Below are positions 45,561 to 54,441 of a stretch of DNA of 64,000 bases, piece after piece. The DNA lies in the NCBI GenBank assembly GCA_016840035.1, contig JAEOTC010000076.1, positions 9,419 to 73,418 on the forward strand, in the 5' to 3' direction. Under the pieces are notes generated by a model that saw only the letters and a program-made list of their open reading frames with translations, had not been told where the DNA came from and searched no databases. Numbering within the stretch: the first letter of the stretch is position 1; every line of letters begins with the position of its first letter. A program made the translations under genes and the position numbers. The stretch is from Candidatus Hodarchaeota archaeon. GTDB taxonomy: Archaea; Asgardarchaeota; Heimdallarchaeia; Hodarchaeales; Hodarchaeaceae.

Positions 45561-47936
45561 GTGTACTCTATGCCCAAAGTTCCCACAATTCAATTAATGA
45601 TAATTCTACTCTGTTTCCCAATTTCTATGATGATTAGCAACTCACATATTAGTGGATCTGCATTCATTTCCTCCCAAGAAGCGATTCCAAACGAAATTAA
45701 TGCGGATATTACTCTAACCGTTCTAGTTGTCTTGATGGAATTATCTGATGATCCACACCATCCGACTCATACTGTTCAACACTTTAATGACTTGTTTTTC
45801 TCTCAGGAACCATTCAGCATACGTCAATACTACCTGAATGTATCATATGGTTCTGTGGATTTAACAGGAGATGTCCTTGGGTGGTATCAAGCAGATGAAC
45901 CACTCGCATATTATGGAGAGGGGACACGAATACCCCCTGGACAGGATGTAGCTCCCAACCTGCTAGCAGAAGAAGCACACAATCGCTCAATGGAAGCGGG
46001 GAAAAACCCAAATCTGTATGATCTTTTTGTTGTTATCCATTCTGGAGATGGACAAGAATATTCGGGAAATTCTAATGACCTATGGAGTCATCAATGGTAT
46101 GTAAGTACTGAATCAGGATGGGTAGCGTACTCAATGAATCATGAATATGTCGATTATGCCACACCATCTCATGAATTAGGACACGCCTTGCTTTTCCCAG
46201 ATTTATACGATTATCGCTTTTACGAACACACTTTTGCTGGACCTTACGGCATGATGGGCCGCGGAGATAGCCATTTTTCAATCTGGAATAAGTATTATAG
46301 CAAACTCTCCCAAGAAAATTCCGCACAATTCCTTACTTCAGATTACAGATTACAGATTGCAGATTATTCAACGGATACATATGCAACAGTTACTCCTATA
46401 GGTGTAGAGTCTCCCCAAGGAATTATGTGGCTAGAAGTAGGATGGAACTCAACTGGATATGCGGATCCTAATCATGGTAAAGGATGGACCATCAGCATCC
46501 GTGAAGATTTGGATTATGATAAATTACTTCCCAAATTCGGAATGGTCGTAGCAGAGATTCAAGTAGGCCCCCGAACATATACCCAAGTTGATGCAGAATA
46601 TCCTCCTTGGAACGTAATTGATGCTCATCCAGAAACGGAGGAAAACAAAGATGATGCTCCTTTTTCCCTAGCATCTGGCGATATTGGAACATTTGTTTCT
46701 GGTGTGGGATGGGCAGCTCAAATATTAGACACATATACCAATAAGTCTTATTACATCAGAATAACTAACGAAAGTAATATCCCCGTAGTTAGTTTACCTG
46801 ACCCTGCTGAACCCATTAAAGGAGAATATGACATAACTTTTACAGTTAGCCATTTAGACGACTCCAGTATTACTTCAGCCCAAGTTTCAATTGATAATGG
46901 TCCTTGGGAAGATGCCTCACCAGATCCATTAACAACTGATGGCTTTACCTTCGTTTGGGATTCTTCTTTAGAACGAGAAGGAAGCCACTTGATTAGAGCT
47001 CGAGCAGCAGATAATGCCAGTGATCCATATATTGGCTATTCCTCATTTAGAACAGTCGAAGTCGATAATAGAAACGGCTCAATTCTTGTAATAGATGATG
47101 ATTTAGGTCGTGATGCAGAAGTATGTGTATTGGAAGCTTTAGATTCACTTGGATTCACAGAAGAATATGAAATAATGCGAACATCATCCTTTACTGAGGC
47201 TGAAATAACTGCAGAGGAACTTGCTAAGTATACTTCCATTTTATGGATCGGAAATCCCGAAATTTCTCCACTCAGTAACTCTCACATCAATTATAACGAA
47301 TTCAAAGAAATAAAACGATATTTCAATATGGATCTTGGTGAAGATCGCTCACCTGGTATCATCTTTATGTCTTCATATACCATCTTTGATTTTAGTAACC
47401 AAGGAGCTATATATCAAAATGAGTATATTGAAACGTTTCAAGCAGAGTCAGTAAGAAATTTTAGAGCTCCTGCTACTTTATTACAAGGATCTCTGTTCTT
47501 AAAAGACCTTCCTCTATTTACTCTAGGTAGTTCTGAGACACTACGCGCTACTAGAGGAGCTGATGGAGAATTAGTCACCCTTCGGCCTGGAGCTACAGCG
47601 ATCCTTATCGATATTGATCCTCAATTTTCTTCTTACGACACCAAGGGATTTATTGTTGATAATGGACAATACAAGTTAATCAACTACCAATTTCAACCTG
47701 AAATGGTACCTGAAGCAATTCTACCTGAACTCTTGGAACTTTCCATGGGTTATATGAGTACTCCTGCAAATGGGACTAAGATTACTACAACTTCCGTCCC
47801 AATACCGACAGTTATTGATCCTGTGGCTATTTTCGGGGTTGTTTCGGTCGGAGGACTGATAGGGGCGACTCTCTACATACGATTCAAACCGAAACCTCGT
47901 AAAGGGGAGTCAATTTGGATCAAGAATAATGATTGA
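45561..47936 (+). CDS. Secreted M6 (immune-inhibitor-A-like) metalloprotease with C-terminal membrane anchor
   Basis: N-terminal signal/TM helix. ..DLWSHQW.. and the zinc motif HELGHAL are present. C-terminal TM helix (IFGVVSVGGLIGATLYI) is followed by a basic tail. Confidence 0.8.
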   Translation: MYSMPKVPTIQLMIILLCFPISMMISNSHISGSAFISSQEAIPNEINADITLTVLVVLMELSDDPHHPTHTVQHFNDLFFSQEPFSIRQYYLNVSYGSVDLTGDVLGWYQADEPLAYYGEGTRIPPGQDVAPNLLAEEAHNRSMEAGKNPNLYDLFVVIHSGDGQEYSGNSNDLWSHQWYVSTESGWVAYSMNHEYVDYATPSHELGHALLFPDLYDYRFYEHTFAGPYGMMGRGDSHFSIWNKYYSKLSQENSAQFLTSDYRLQIADYSTDTYATVTPIGVESPQGIMWLEVGWNSTGYADPNHGKGWTISIREDLDYDKLLPKFGMVVAEIQVGPRTYTQVDAEYPPWNVIDAHPETEENKDDAPFSLASGDIGTFVSGVGWAAQILDTYTNKSYYIRITNESNIPVVSLPDPAEPIKGEYDITFTVSHLDDSSITSAQVSIDNGPWEDASPDPLTTDGFTFVWDSSLEREGSHLIRARAADNASDPYIGYSSFRTVEVDNRNGSILVIDDDLGRDAEVCVLEALDSLGFTEEYEIMRTSSFTEAEITAEELAKYTSILWIGNPEISPLSNSHINYNEFKEIKRYFNMDLGEDRSPGIIFMSSYTIFDFSNQGAIYQNEYIETFQAESVRNFRAPATLLQGSLFLKDLPLFTLGSSETLRATRGADGELVTLRPGATAILIDIDPQFSSYDTKGFIVDNGQYKLINYQFQPEMVPEAILPELLELSMGYMSTPANGTKITTTSVPIPTVIDPVAIFGVVSVGGLIGATLYIRFKPKPRKGESIWIKNND
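46339..46366 (+). repeat. Four tandem heptamers (CAGATTA x3, CAGATTG x1) inside the M6 protease CDS
   Basis: Read directly: cagatta cagatta cagattg cagatta, translated as ..SDYRLQIADYS... The unit length is not a multiple of 3. Confidence 0.8.
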
Positions 47937-47952
47937 GGTTATCATTTCCTGA

Positions 47953-48867
47953 TTAGGTTTCCTCTGTTACAACAGCTAACACTATACCTACACCAATGAA
48001 AATTCCCCCGAGAATGGTGGTTAAAGGTAAGGATTGCGAAAGAAAAATAAATCCGAGGACTGAAGCCCCTGCGGCTTCACCCAATACGGTCAAAGATACA
48101 ACTTGAGCAGATATCTTTTTCATTGAATAAGTGTAGAGAGCATGACCTAACAAACTTGGACCTATCGCTAGAGCAAGAAACCACACCATATCAAACGCTG
48201 GAAAGATCCACACTTTCTCTGATAATCCAAGAGAATAGAGAAACAGAAAAATCGTACAAAACCCATTTACAAAATACGTATAAGCAATATTTGAGACCTC
48301 AAACCGAGTCCGCATTTGTTTACCAATAATGAAGTAACAAGCTACCATAATTGCACCAAATAATGCCAAGACTACTCCTTCTTGAAAGGTACCGAAAATT
48401 TGGTCTGGATCTCCACCTGTAGCTATTAGAATAATTCCAATAAAGCATAAAACCAGCCCGAACACTTGGTAGCGAGTAATTGTTTCGCGAAGTAAAACGA
48501 AAGAGAGGAAAATTACCCAAAGTGGAGAGGAATTAACAACAATAACAGAGGCTGCAACTGTAATATACTCTAAGCTTTGCATCCATGAAAAAAAGTGGAG
48601 AGATAAGAAGAATCCTGCGAGAATGAAAAAAAACATATGATTACTGGTGAAAACGACCCGAAATTGTTCTCGTATTCCTGAGAAAAGTAATAATGGTGTA
48701 AGAAGGATAACAACCAGAAATAATCTCCAAAACGCAATAAGAATGGGAGGAGATTCACATTTCACGATAAAAATCGAAGCTCCAGAAACTGCAATAGTAG
48801 CAATTATCAACGCTAAATATTCGTATCTAATTGGAAAATTGGTTTTAAATTGGGATTGTTCTTTCAT
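47953..48867 (-). CDS. EamA/DMT-family transporter
   Basis: Ten TM helices in two EamA-like halves. ATG 48867 is preferred, because the track start at 48951 would overlap the divergent nfo start. Confidence 0.75.
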   Translation of the reverse strand: MKEQSQFKTNFPIRYEYLALIIATIAVSGASIFIVKCESPPILIAFWRLFLVVILLTPLLLFSGIREQFRVVFTSNHMFFFILAGFFLSLHFFSWMQSLEYITVAASVIVVNSSPLWVIFLSFVLLRETITRYQVFGLVLCFIGIILIATGGDPDQIFGTFQEGVVLALFGAIMVACYFIIGKQMRTRFEVSNIAYTYFVNGFCTIFLFLYSLGLSEKVWIFPAFDMVWFLALAIGPSLLGHALYTYSMKKISAQVVSLTVLGEAAGASVLGFIFLSQSLPLTTILGGIFIGVGIVLAVVTEET

Positions 48868-48949
48868 TATCTGATTGTAGCGAATAAACACTAATAACTC
48901 TTCTGGAGGATGGGAGTTAAAGGTATTTAATACCTCCAGGAGTTGAATC

Positions 48950-49825
48950 ATGGTATCAGTCGATGAAAATATACTACCCCGAATTGGAGCGCATAAATCT
49001 ATTGCAAAAGGAGTAGATCAGGCAATTGATCGTGGATTAAAAAGCACGTGCGAATGCCTTCAAATATTCACCCGTCCACCAAGACGTTGGGAACCTGGGA
49101 AGACAGCTCTTAATGAAAATCGAGTGAGAGCTTTTATTCATAAAGCCAAGGAGGCTAATTATTATGATACAGCAATCCATATGCCATACCTTCCTAATCT
49201 CTCCTCTCCAGACGATGATCTATATTTCAAATCAATCAAAGTCCTCCAAGAGGAAATTACTAAATCTGATCTTCTAAAAGCACCATACGTGATAACACAT
49301 CTTGGGAGCCCTAAGGAAGAAACACGAGAATTTGCTGTTAAAAGAGTTGCTGGGGCGATAGATAAAGCTATGGAAGTCCGAAATAGTTCTACTATGGTCC
49401 TATTGGAAAATTCGACGGCAAAAAGAAGAAAATGGGGAAAATCTGTCGACGATATTGTTGAAGTTATCAACACAGTTAAAGAACCTCAGCATGTAGGTAT
49501 TTGTTTTGACACCGCTCATGCTTACGCTTCTGGATACGATATTTCGAGACCTGAAGTACTGCACGAGGTATTCGACACAATAGACTCACTTTTAGGAAAA
49601 GAAAAGGTACGAGTTATTCATTTAAATGATTCAAAAGGACAATTGAACTCAGGAATTGATCACCATGAACACATAGGAAAGGGAAACATTGGAATTCAAT
49701 GTTTTCAGGAATTAATGCAACATGCTAGATTTAAGAAGATTTCAATGATCCTAGAAACTCCGAAAGATGACCACATCAATGATAAAACTAATCTCGATCT
49801 ACTTAGAAGGCTCAGAAAAAGATAA
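48950..49825 (+). CDS. nfo: Endonuclease IV (AP endonuclease family 2)
   Basis: Motifs ..ITHLGS.., ..VLLENSTA.., ..CFDTAHAYASGYD.. and ..IHLNDSK.. (metal ligands of Nfo). Confidence 0.9.
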   Translation: MVSVDENILPRIGAHKSIAKGVDQAIDRGLKSTCECLQIFTRPPRRWEPGKTALNENRVRAFIHKAKEANYYDTAIHMPYLPNLSSPDDDLYFKSIKVLQEEITKSDLLKAPYVITHLGSPKEETREFAVKRVAGAIDKAMEVRNSSTMVLLENSTAKRRKWGKSVDDIVEVINTVKEPQHVGICFDTAHAYASGYDISRPEVLHEVFDTIDSLLGKEKVRVIHLNDSKGQLNSGIDHHEHIGKGNIGIQCFQELMQHARFKKISMILETPKDDHINDKTNLDLLRRLRKR

Positions 49826-49863
49826 ATCTCAAGTCGATTCTCCTAAATTGAGGTGACAATCAA

Positions 49864-50424
49864 GTGAAAACATCAGAAATTGATTTAACGACTGCATATC
49901 GTTTTATGTATCCACGATTTACAATTATTGTGTCATCAGGAACTCTTTCCAAACCAAATGCTTTAGCGGTCGCATGGTCAACTCCTTTATCTGCAGATCC
50001 TCCTTTAATTGGCATTCTCATTGCAGAAAAACGATTTTCTTATGAAACAATTAAGGAAGGAATGTGTTTTGTCGTAAATATTCCAAATTATGATCTAATT
50101 GAAGAAACTCACTATGTAGGACGTATTTCTGGTCGTGATAAACCGAATAAAATCCTAGAAGCAGGATTAACCTTGGAAGCATCGAATATGATAGCAGCTC
50201 CTCGTATAAAGGAGTGTAAAATTAATTTAGAATGTAAACTTGTAGATATCATTACTACAGGTGACCATGAAATGTTTATCGGAGAAATTGTCGATATCGC
50301 TGTTGATTCGAGCATTCGGGATGATTGGTCTTACGATGTAACAAAACATGAATCTATTTACTGGCGACAATCAAAATTTAGTTCTGATGTTTATCGATTG
50401 AATGTAAACCTTGAGGATGATTAA
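49864..50424 (+). CDS. Flavin-reductase-like (FMN-binding split-barrel) protein
   Basis: ..PNALAVAWSTPLSADPPLIGILI.. and ..GDHEMFIGEIVDI.. are typical of the flavin reductase-like domain. Confidence 0.8.
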   Translation: MKTSEIDLTTAYRFMYPRFTIIVSSGTLSKPNALAVAWSTPLSADPPLIGILIAEKRFSYETIKEGMCFVVNIPNYDLIEETHYVGRISGRDKPNKILEAGLTLEASNMIAAPRIKECKINLECKLVDIITTGDHEMFIGEIVDIAVDSSIRDDWSYDVTKHESIYWRQSKFSSDVYRLNVNLEDD

Positions 50425-50426
50425 TT

Positions 50427-51449
50427 TTGAACCAATCCCCATCTAAGCTGGTCGTAGAAGATCAAGAAATTTACTTCCAATCTGCTGAAAAAATGGAAAG
50501 TGTGGATTCTAATTCTGTTACTCTCGTTGTTACCTCTCCTCCCTATTGGAATGTAAGAGATTATGGCAATGAGCAGATAGGGTTTGGTCAAAGTTATAAA
50601 GAATATATCAACTCACTGAATAAAGTATGGAAGGAGTGTGAGCGGATTCTTCAGCCAAATGGAAAAATAGCTATCAATGTTCAACCATTACCAATAGATA
50701 GTAAACATTCTGGGTTTGGACGACGAATCATATTAAATATCATGTTTGATATCGAAAAATTTTTCCGTGAAAACCATTTCTATTTATCTGGAATGCATTA
50801 CTGGGATAAAGCTCCTTATATTTCTAATGTTTCCTGGGGTAGTTACCCTAAACCTACAAATATTGCATCAAACACAAGCTTTGAGCAGATTTTTGTATTC
50901 GTGAAGAAGGGGAAAACACGGAAGGTACCACCTTCGGTTATGCAAGAAAGCATCATATCCAAAGATGAGTGGAGGCATTTCGCCGTACGAGGAATTTGGG
51001 ATGATATCGCACCTGTCATCAAAATTGACTCAAAAGGGGTCAACAGGTTTGGCCATTCTGCACCGTTTCCAGAAGAAATTCCATACCGTCTAATAAAAAT
51101 GCATACTGCTATCGGGGAAACAGTTCTCGACCCTTTTCTAGGATCAGGAACAACTTTGAAGGTTTGTCGCATAACTGGGAGAAAAGGGATTGGTTTCGAG
51201 ATTAATCCCGAATATAGAGAGTTGATAAAGACACGAATCCTTGAAGATTGGCAGACACCGTTAATAGAATCGCAGTACAAAACAATAGGGACAGGTCTTT
51301 TTTATGAAACTCTTCAGTACGTCTACAATAGGATGAAAAGTGATCCTATGGTACCCTTCAATGAAATATTATCCGAGCTCCAGAAAAAATTTCCAAAAAA
51401 GTATACAAAGTCCTGGATATCACATCTAAAAACAATATTGGAACAGTAA
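50427..51449 (+). CDS. Beta-class N4-C/N6-A DNA methyltransferase (orphan)
   Basis: Motif IV VVTSPPYW lies N-terminal to motif I DPFLGSGTT (circularly permuted beta order). TTG start is 2 nt after the upstream stop. No nuclease gene is adjacent. Confidence 0.85.
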   Translation: MNQSPSKLVVEDQEIYFQSAEKMESVDSNSVTLVVTSPPYWNVRDYGNEQIGFGQSYKEYINSLNKVWKECERILQPNGKIAINVQPLPIDSKHSGFGRRIILNIMFDIEKFFRENHFYLSGMHYWDKAPYISNVSWGSYPKPTNIASNTSFEQIFVFVKKGKTRKVPPSVMQESIISKDEWRHFAVRGIWDDIAPVIKIDSKGVNRFGHSAPFPEEIPYRLIKMHTAIGETVLDPFLGSGTTLKVCRITGRKGIGFEINPEYRELIKTRILEDWQTPLIESQYKTIGTGLFYETLQYVYNRMKSDPMVPFNEILSELQKKFPKKYTKSWISHLKTILEQ

Positions 51450-51679
51450 GTAAGACATTCATTAATATTGAATGTTCTACACAAAACCTATCTCTTTTTG
51501 GTAAATTCAACCCTATTCGGGGGATTTGAGAAATGATTTCTTATAACAAAAACAAGTCTGTGAGATGTGCACATCTACTATACTATCCAATACCTGAACT
51601 GAACTTCATTTCATGAAGATCTCATATATGGAAAGTACACATCTTAGGTTAAATTAAATCCCAAAATAAACGATTAAGT

Positions 51680-51687
51680 TTATAAAG
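51680..51687 (+). promoter_or_regulatory. Candidate TATA box of the histone gene
   Basis: TTTATAAA is preceded by a purine-rich BRE-like AAG. It sits ~67 nt upstream of ATG 51754, and an AGGTGA Shine-Dalgarno lies at 51740..51745. Confidence 0.4.
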
Positions 51688-51753
51688 ATAAGGAATTTCA
51701 TGGTATATGTCGATATATCTTCGACAAATTTTTGAGAAAAGGTGAAAATAAAA

Positions 51754-51957
51754 ATGGCAGGATTTGCAAGTGCTCGCGTAGAGAAGCTTATTCGTAATGC
51801 TGGTGCCCGCCGTGTATCCGCAGGCGCAATTTCTCGTCTTAACGAAGTTTTAACTGACTATAGCATGAGTTTAGCTAAATACGCAGTCGAAATTGCTCGT
51901 CACTCTGGTCGTAAGACCGTTAAGGAAAATGATGTTAAATTAGCCGCAACCAAATAA
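51754..51957 (+). CDS. Archaeal histone (HMf family, single histone fold, no tail)
   Basis: MAGFASARVEKLIRNAGARRVSAGAISRLNEVL..AVEIARHSGRKTVKENDVKLA aligns by eye with the HMfB hallmarks (AGAxRVS; ARHAGRKT; D(I/V)xLA). Confidence 0.9.
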   Translation: MAGFASARVEKLIRNAGARRVSAGAISRLNEVLTDYSMSLAKYAVEIARHSGRKTVKENDVKLAATK

Positions 51958-51993
51958 AGGTTAATCTAATTAAATATCATAAAATCCTTTAAA

Positions 51994-52008
51994 CCCCCTT
52001 TTTTTTTT
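51994..52008 (+). terminator. C5-T10 tract, candidate oligo-T terminator after the histone gene
   Basis: cccccTTTTTTTTTT lies 37 nt after the stop codon. Archaeal RNA polymerase terminates at oligo-T runs. Confidence 0.45.
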
Positions 52009-52088
52009 AAAATAACAGATTGTATTTCCCTTTTTATATCAAAATAAGGCCGATACAAACTTAGAACATGAGATCTAATCCTGAATCA

Positions 52089-52502
52089 TTAATTTTCGAT
52101 TGGTCGTTCCTCTCGAGGCACCGATTTGAGTTTTTCCGTTTGTAACTCTTGGATTCGATCTATTTCAGCCAATAAGTTGCGTATGCTTGTGGGTTTCGTA
52201 AAAAAACCAATAGCTCCTGATTCAAGTGCCTCTTTTTCAACTCTCTTTTCTGCAGAAACGAATAAAACTTTAGCTTGAGGAGTTTTTTTCAATATTTCCT
52301 TCATTGCTACAAGTCCATCAAGTACGGGCATACGATAATCCATGATTATGATATCAGGTTTTATAGGCAACTCTGAAAACTTTTCAATAGCTTCCTTTCC
52401 GTTACTGGCACTATCAATTACATCATGACCTTCCATCATTAATAATTTGGAATAGATCATGAGTAGATCTCTCTCATCATCAACTAAGAGAATGCGTGCC
52501 AT
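52089..52502 (-). CDS. Stand-alone CheY-like response-regulator receiver
   Basis: ILLVDDERD..IIIMDYRMPVLDG..SA(E)K..; 137 aa. Confidence 0.85.
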   Translation of the reverse strand: MARILLVDDERDLLMIYSKLLMMEGHDVIDSASNGKEAIEKFSELPIKPDIIIMDYRMPVLDGLVAMKEILKKTPQAKVLFVSAEKRVEKEALESGAIGFFTKPTSIRNLLAEIDRIQELQTEKLKSVPREERPIEN

Positions 52503-52691
52503 TATTAATCCTCTAAACGATTAGATTCATCAAATCAAATTGAATTTCCAGACAAAACCTTTCTAGCTGGTGATTTGTGTAGTAATTTCTATACTACCCC
52601 ACCTTATTTATTAAACTCACTATATAAATTCAGATCTGCAAAATGAGGAATATCCACTCTTCAAACTGAAATCGCTCTAAAAATTAAAAAT

Positions 52692-53291
52692 TTAAATTAG
52701 ATCAAGAGCATCTTTCAATTGATCTTTCTCGCTATCTGTAAGTCCTTCTTTACTTGGGATTAACAGATCGGATTCTCCAGTTAGGGACATAGATATCTGA
52801 AGGGATTTATCAAGATAATATGTGGCTTTTTCTTCCATTTTTTTATGTTTATATGCTGCGGAAATGATGTATAAGCTTGTAGCAATCCCCTTAATATAGC
52901 CAATATCTTGAGTTACTTCCAAAGCTTCTTCAGTAAAATCAAATGCCTTGATGAAGTCTTTTCTCTCCATAGCTAAAACCCATGCTAAATTCAGCAAGGC
53001 CTCAGCCGTCCCCTTCTTGTATTTGTGTACTCGCGCATTTGCAAGGGAGGTAGCAGTGATTTCAAGGAATTTCTCGAATGCATTGTTCTTCCAATGGAGA
53101 ATCCCTAATGCATTCTGTACATCGATTTCTGGTTGGACATAATCTAATTTGGCAGCCTCTTTGAGGGTCTCTTCCAAAAGTAATATGGCTTTTGAATATG
53201 CACCATCTTCTGCAAGGGAAACAGACTTTTGTAATATCGCCTTGAACTTTTCGATTACCTTAGGATCGATTTTTTTCATATGGTCGGCCAT
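52692..53291 (-). CDS. TPR-like helical-repeat protein
   Basis: Repeating A/L/Y-patterned helix pairs (..AILLLEETLKEAAKL.. ; ..ALLNLAWVLAMERKDFIKAFDFTEEAL..). Confidence 0.6.
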   Translation of the reverse strand: MADHMKKIDPKVIEKFKAILQKSVSLAEDGAYSKAILLLEETLKEAAKLDYVQPEIDVQNALGILHWKNNAFEKFLEITATSLANARVHKYKKGTAEALLNLAWVLAMERKDFIKAFDFTEEALEVTQDIGYIKGIATSLYIISAAYKHKKMEEKATYYLDKSLQISMSLTGESDLLIPSKEGLTDSEKDQLKDALDLI

Positions 53292-53541
53292 TTTGCTCAC
53301 TTTACGAGTTCTGTGAAGCAATCAGTAGCTTACTTCTGTATTCCTTTGCAATTCAGTGAAAATCGTCTGAAATCATTAATTGAATATTTTCATAGGACAC
53401 TGCCTAAATAATATTTCCCATTGAAGTGATGACAAATACTCAAACAAGAAGTGTAATTCAGTGTAACATGAAATATTTTTGTTAATGTTTTATTTAACGG
53501 AATTAAGAACTTAAAATCTCTTATCTGAAGGGTAGTAAGGA

Positions 53542-54258
53542 ATGCAGTGTTCTCAACAGATTGTTTTAGGGCAATTTCTTACCCGACCAAATCGATTTCT
53601 TGCCCAAGTTAGAATAGCTGATTCTCAACAAGAAGAATTAGCCCATGTTCCTGATCCTGGACGTTTGCGTGAGTTATTAATTCCGAATGCGGAAATTGTT
53701 CTAGAACAACATGATAATCCAAAGCGAAAGACTCGCTATTCATTGATTGGAGTAAAATATGGCTCTACATGGGTCAATATCGATTCACAACTAAGTAATC
53801 GGCTTTTTAAAGAAGAATTTAAAACGATTACTCGGTATAGGAATTTTAAACTTATAAGACCAGAGTTTACTTTTCAAAATTCAAGAATTGATTTTCTCAT
53901 GGAAAACCATTCAAATCCTTCAAAACCACAAAAAACACTCATCGAGGTAAAAAGTGCCACCTTAGTAAAAGATCATATTGCAATGTTTCCAGATGCCCCA
54001 ACAATAAGAGGCACACGCCATATAAAGGAATTAACTGAGGCATTATCCACTGGATATCAAGCCGAAATCGTTTTTATTACGAAACGGAACGATGCAAAGA
54101 ATTTTACTCCTCATCGAGAGATGGATCCCCAATTTTATGCTGCTCTAGTAAAAGCAAAAAAAGCTGGGGTAAACTTATGTGCAATTCTCTGTAATTATGA
54201 CCCCTTAGTAAAACATGAGCTCTCCATCTTAAAAGAAATTCCAATAATCGGAGTATGA
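53542..54258 (+). CDS. sfsA: SfsA-family protein (sugar fermentation stimulation protein homolog; nuclease-like fold)
   Basis: ..FLTRPNRFLAQV..AHVPDPGRLRELL..IEVKSATL.. matches the SfsA pattern. Confidence 0.85.
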   Translation: MQCSQQIVLGQFLTRPNRFLAQVRIADSQQEELAHVPDPGRLRELLIPNAEIVLEQHDNPKRKTRYSLIGVKYGSTWVNIDSQLSNRLFKEEFKTITRYRNFKLIRPEFTFQNSRIDFLMENHSNPSKPQKTLIEVKSATLVKDHIAMFPDAPTIRGTRHIKELTEALSTGYQAEIVFITKRNDAKNFTPHREMDPQFYAALVKAKKAGVNLCAILCNYDPLVKHELSILKEIPIIGV

Positions 54259-54441
54259 TTCGGTATTGACAAAACACAGTAAGGAAAACACAGTGCAATG
54301 AATTTTTTCTAAATCTCATTAATGTACATTTAATAATCTCTTGTTTAAGGAGATAAAAATCAAGGAAAACACTTTTCGAGTATGAACTACTTAAATTGGA
54401 GCTTTTCTTAGATTTATAAAAAGGTAAATTTCTTGTTTTAA

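Noticed and set aside
53426-53528. A second possible C/D-box RNA: GTGATGA at 53426..53432 and CTGA at 53525..53528 in the spacer upstream of sfsA.
   Set aside because: The boxes are ~100 nt apart. There is no CTGA 10-13 nt after the C box, no internal C'/D' pair and no terminal stem, so the resemblance is likely chance. Other TGATGA occurrences I checked (e.g. 3225, 20208, 43509, 57996) also lack a correctly spaced CTGA.
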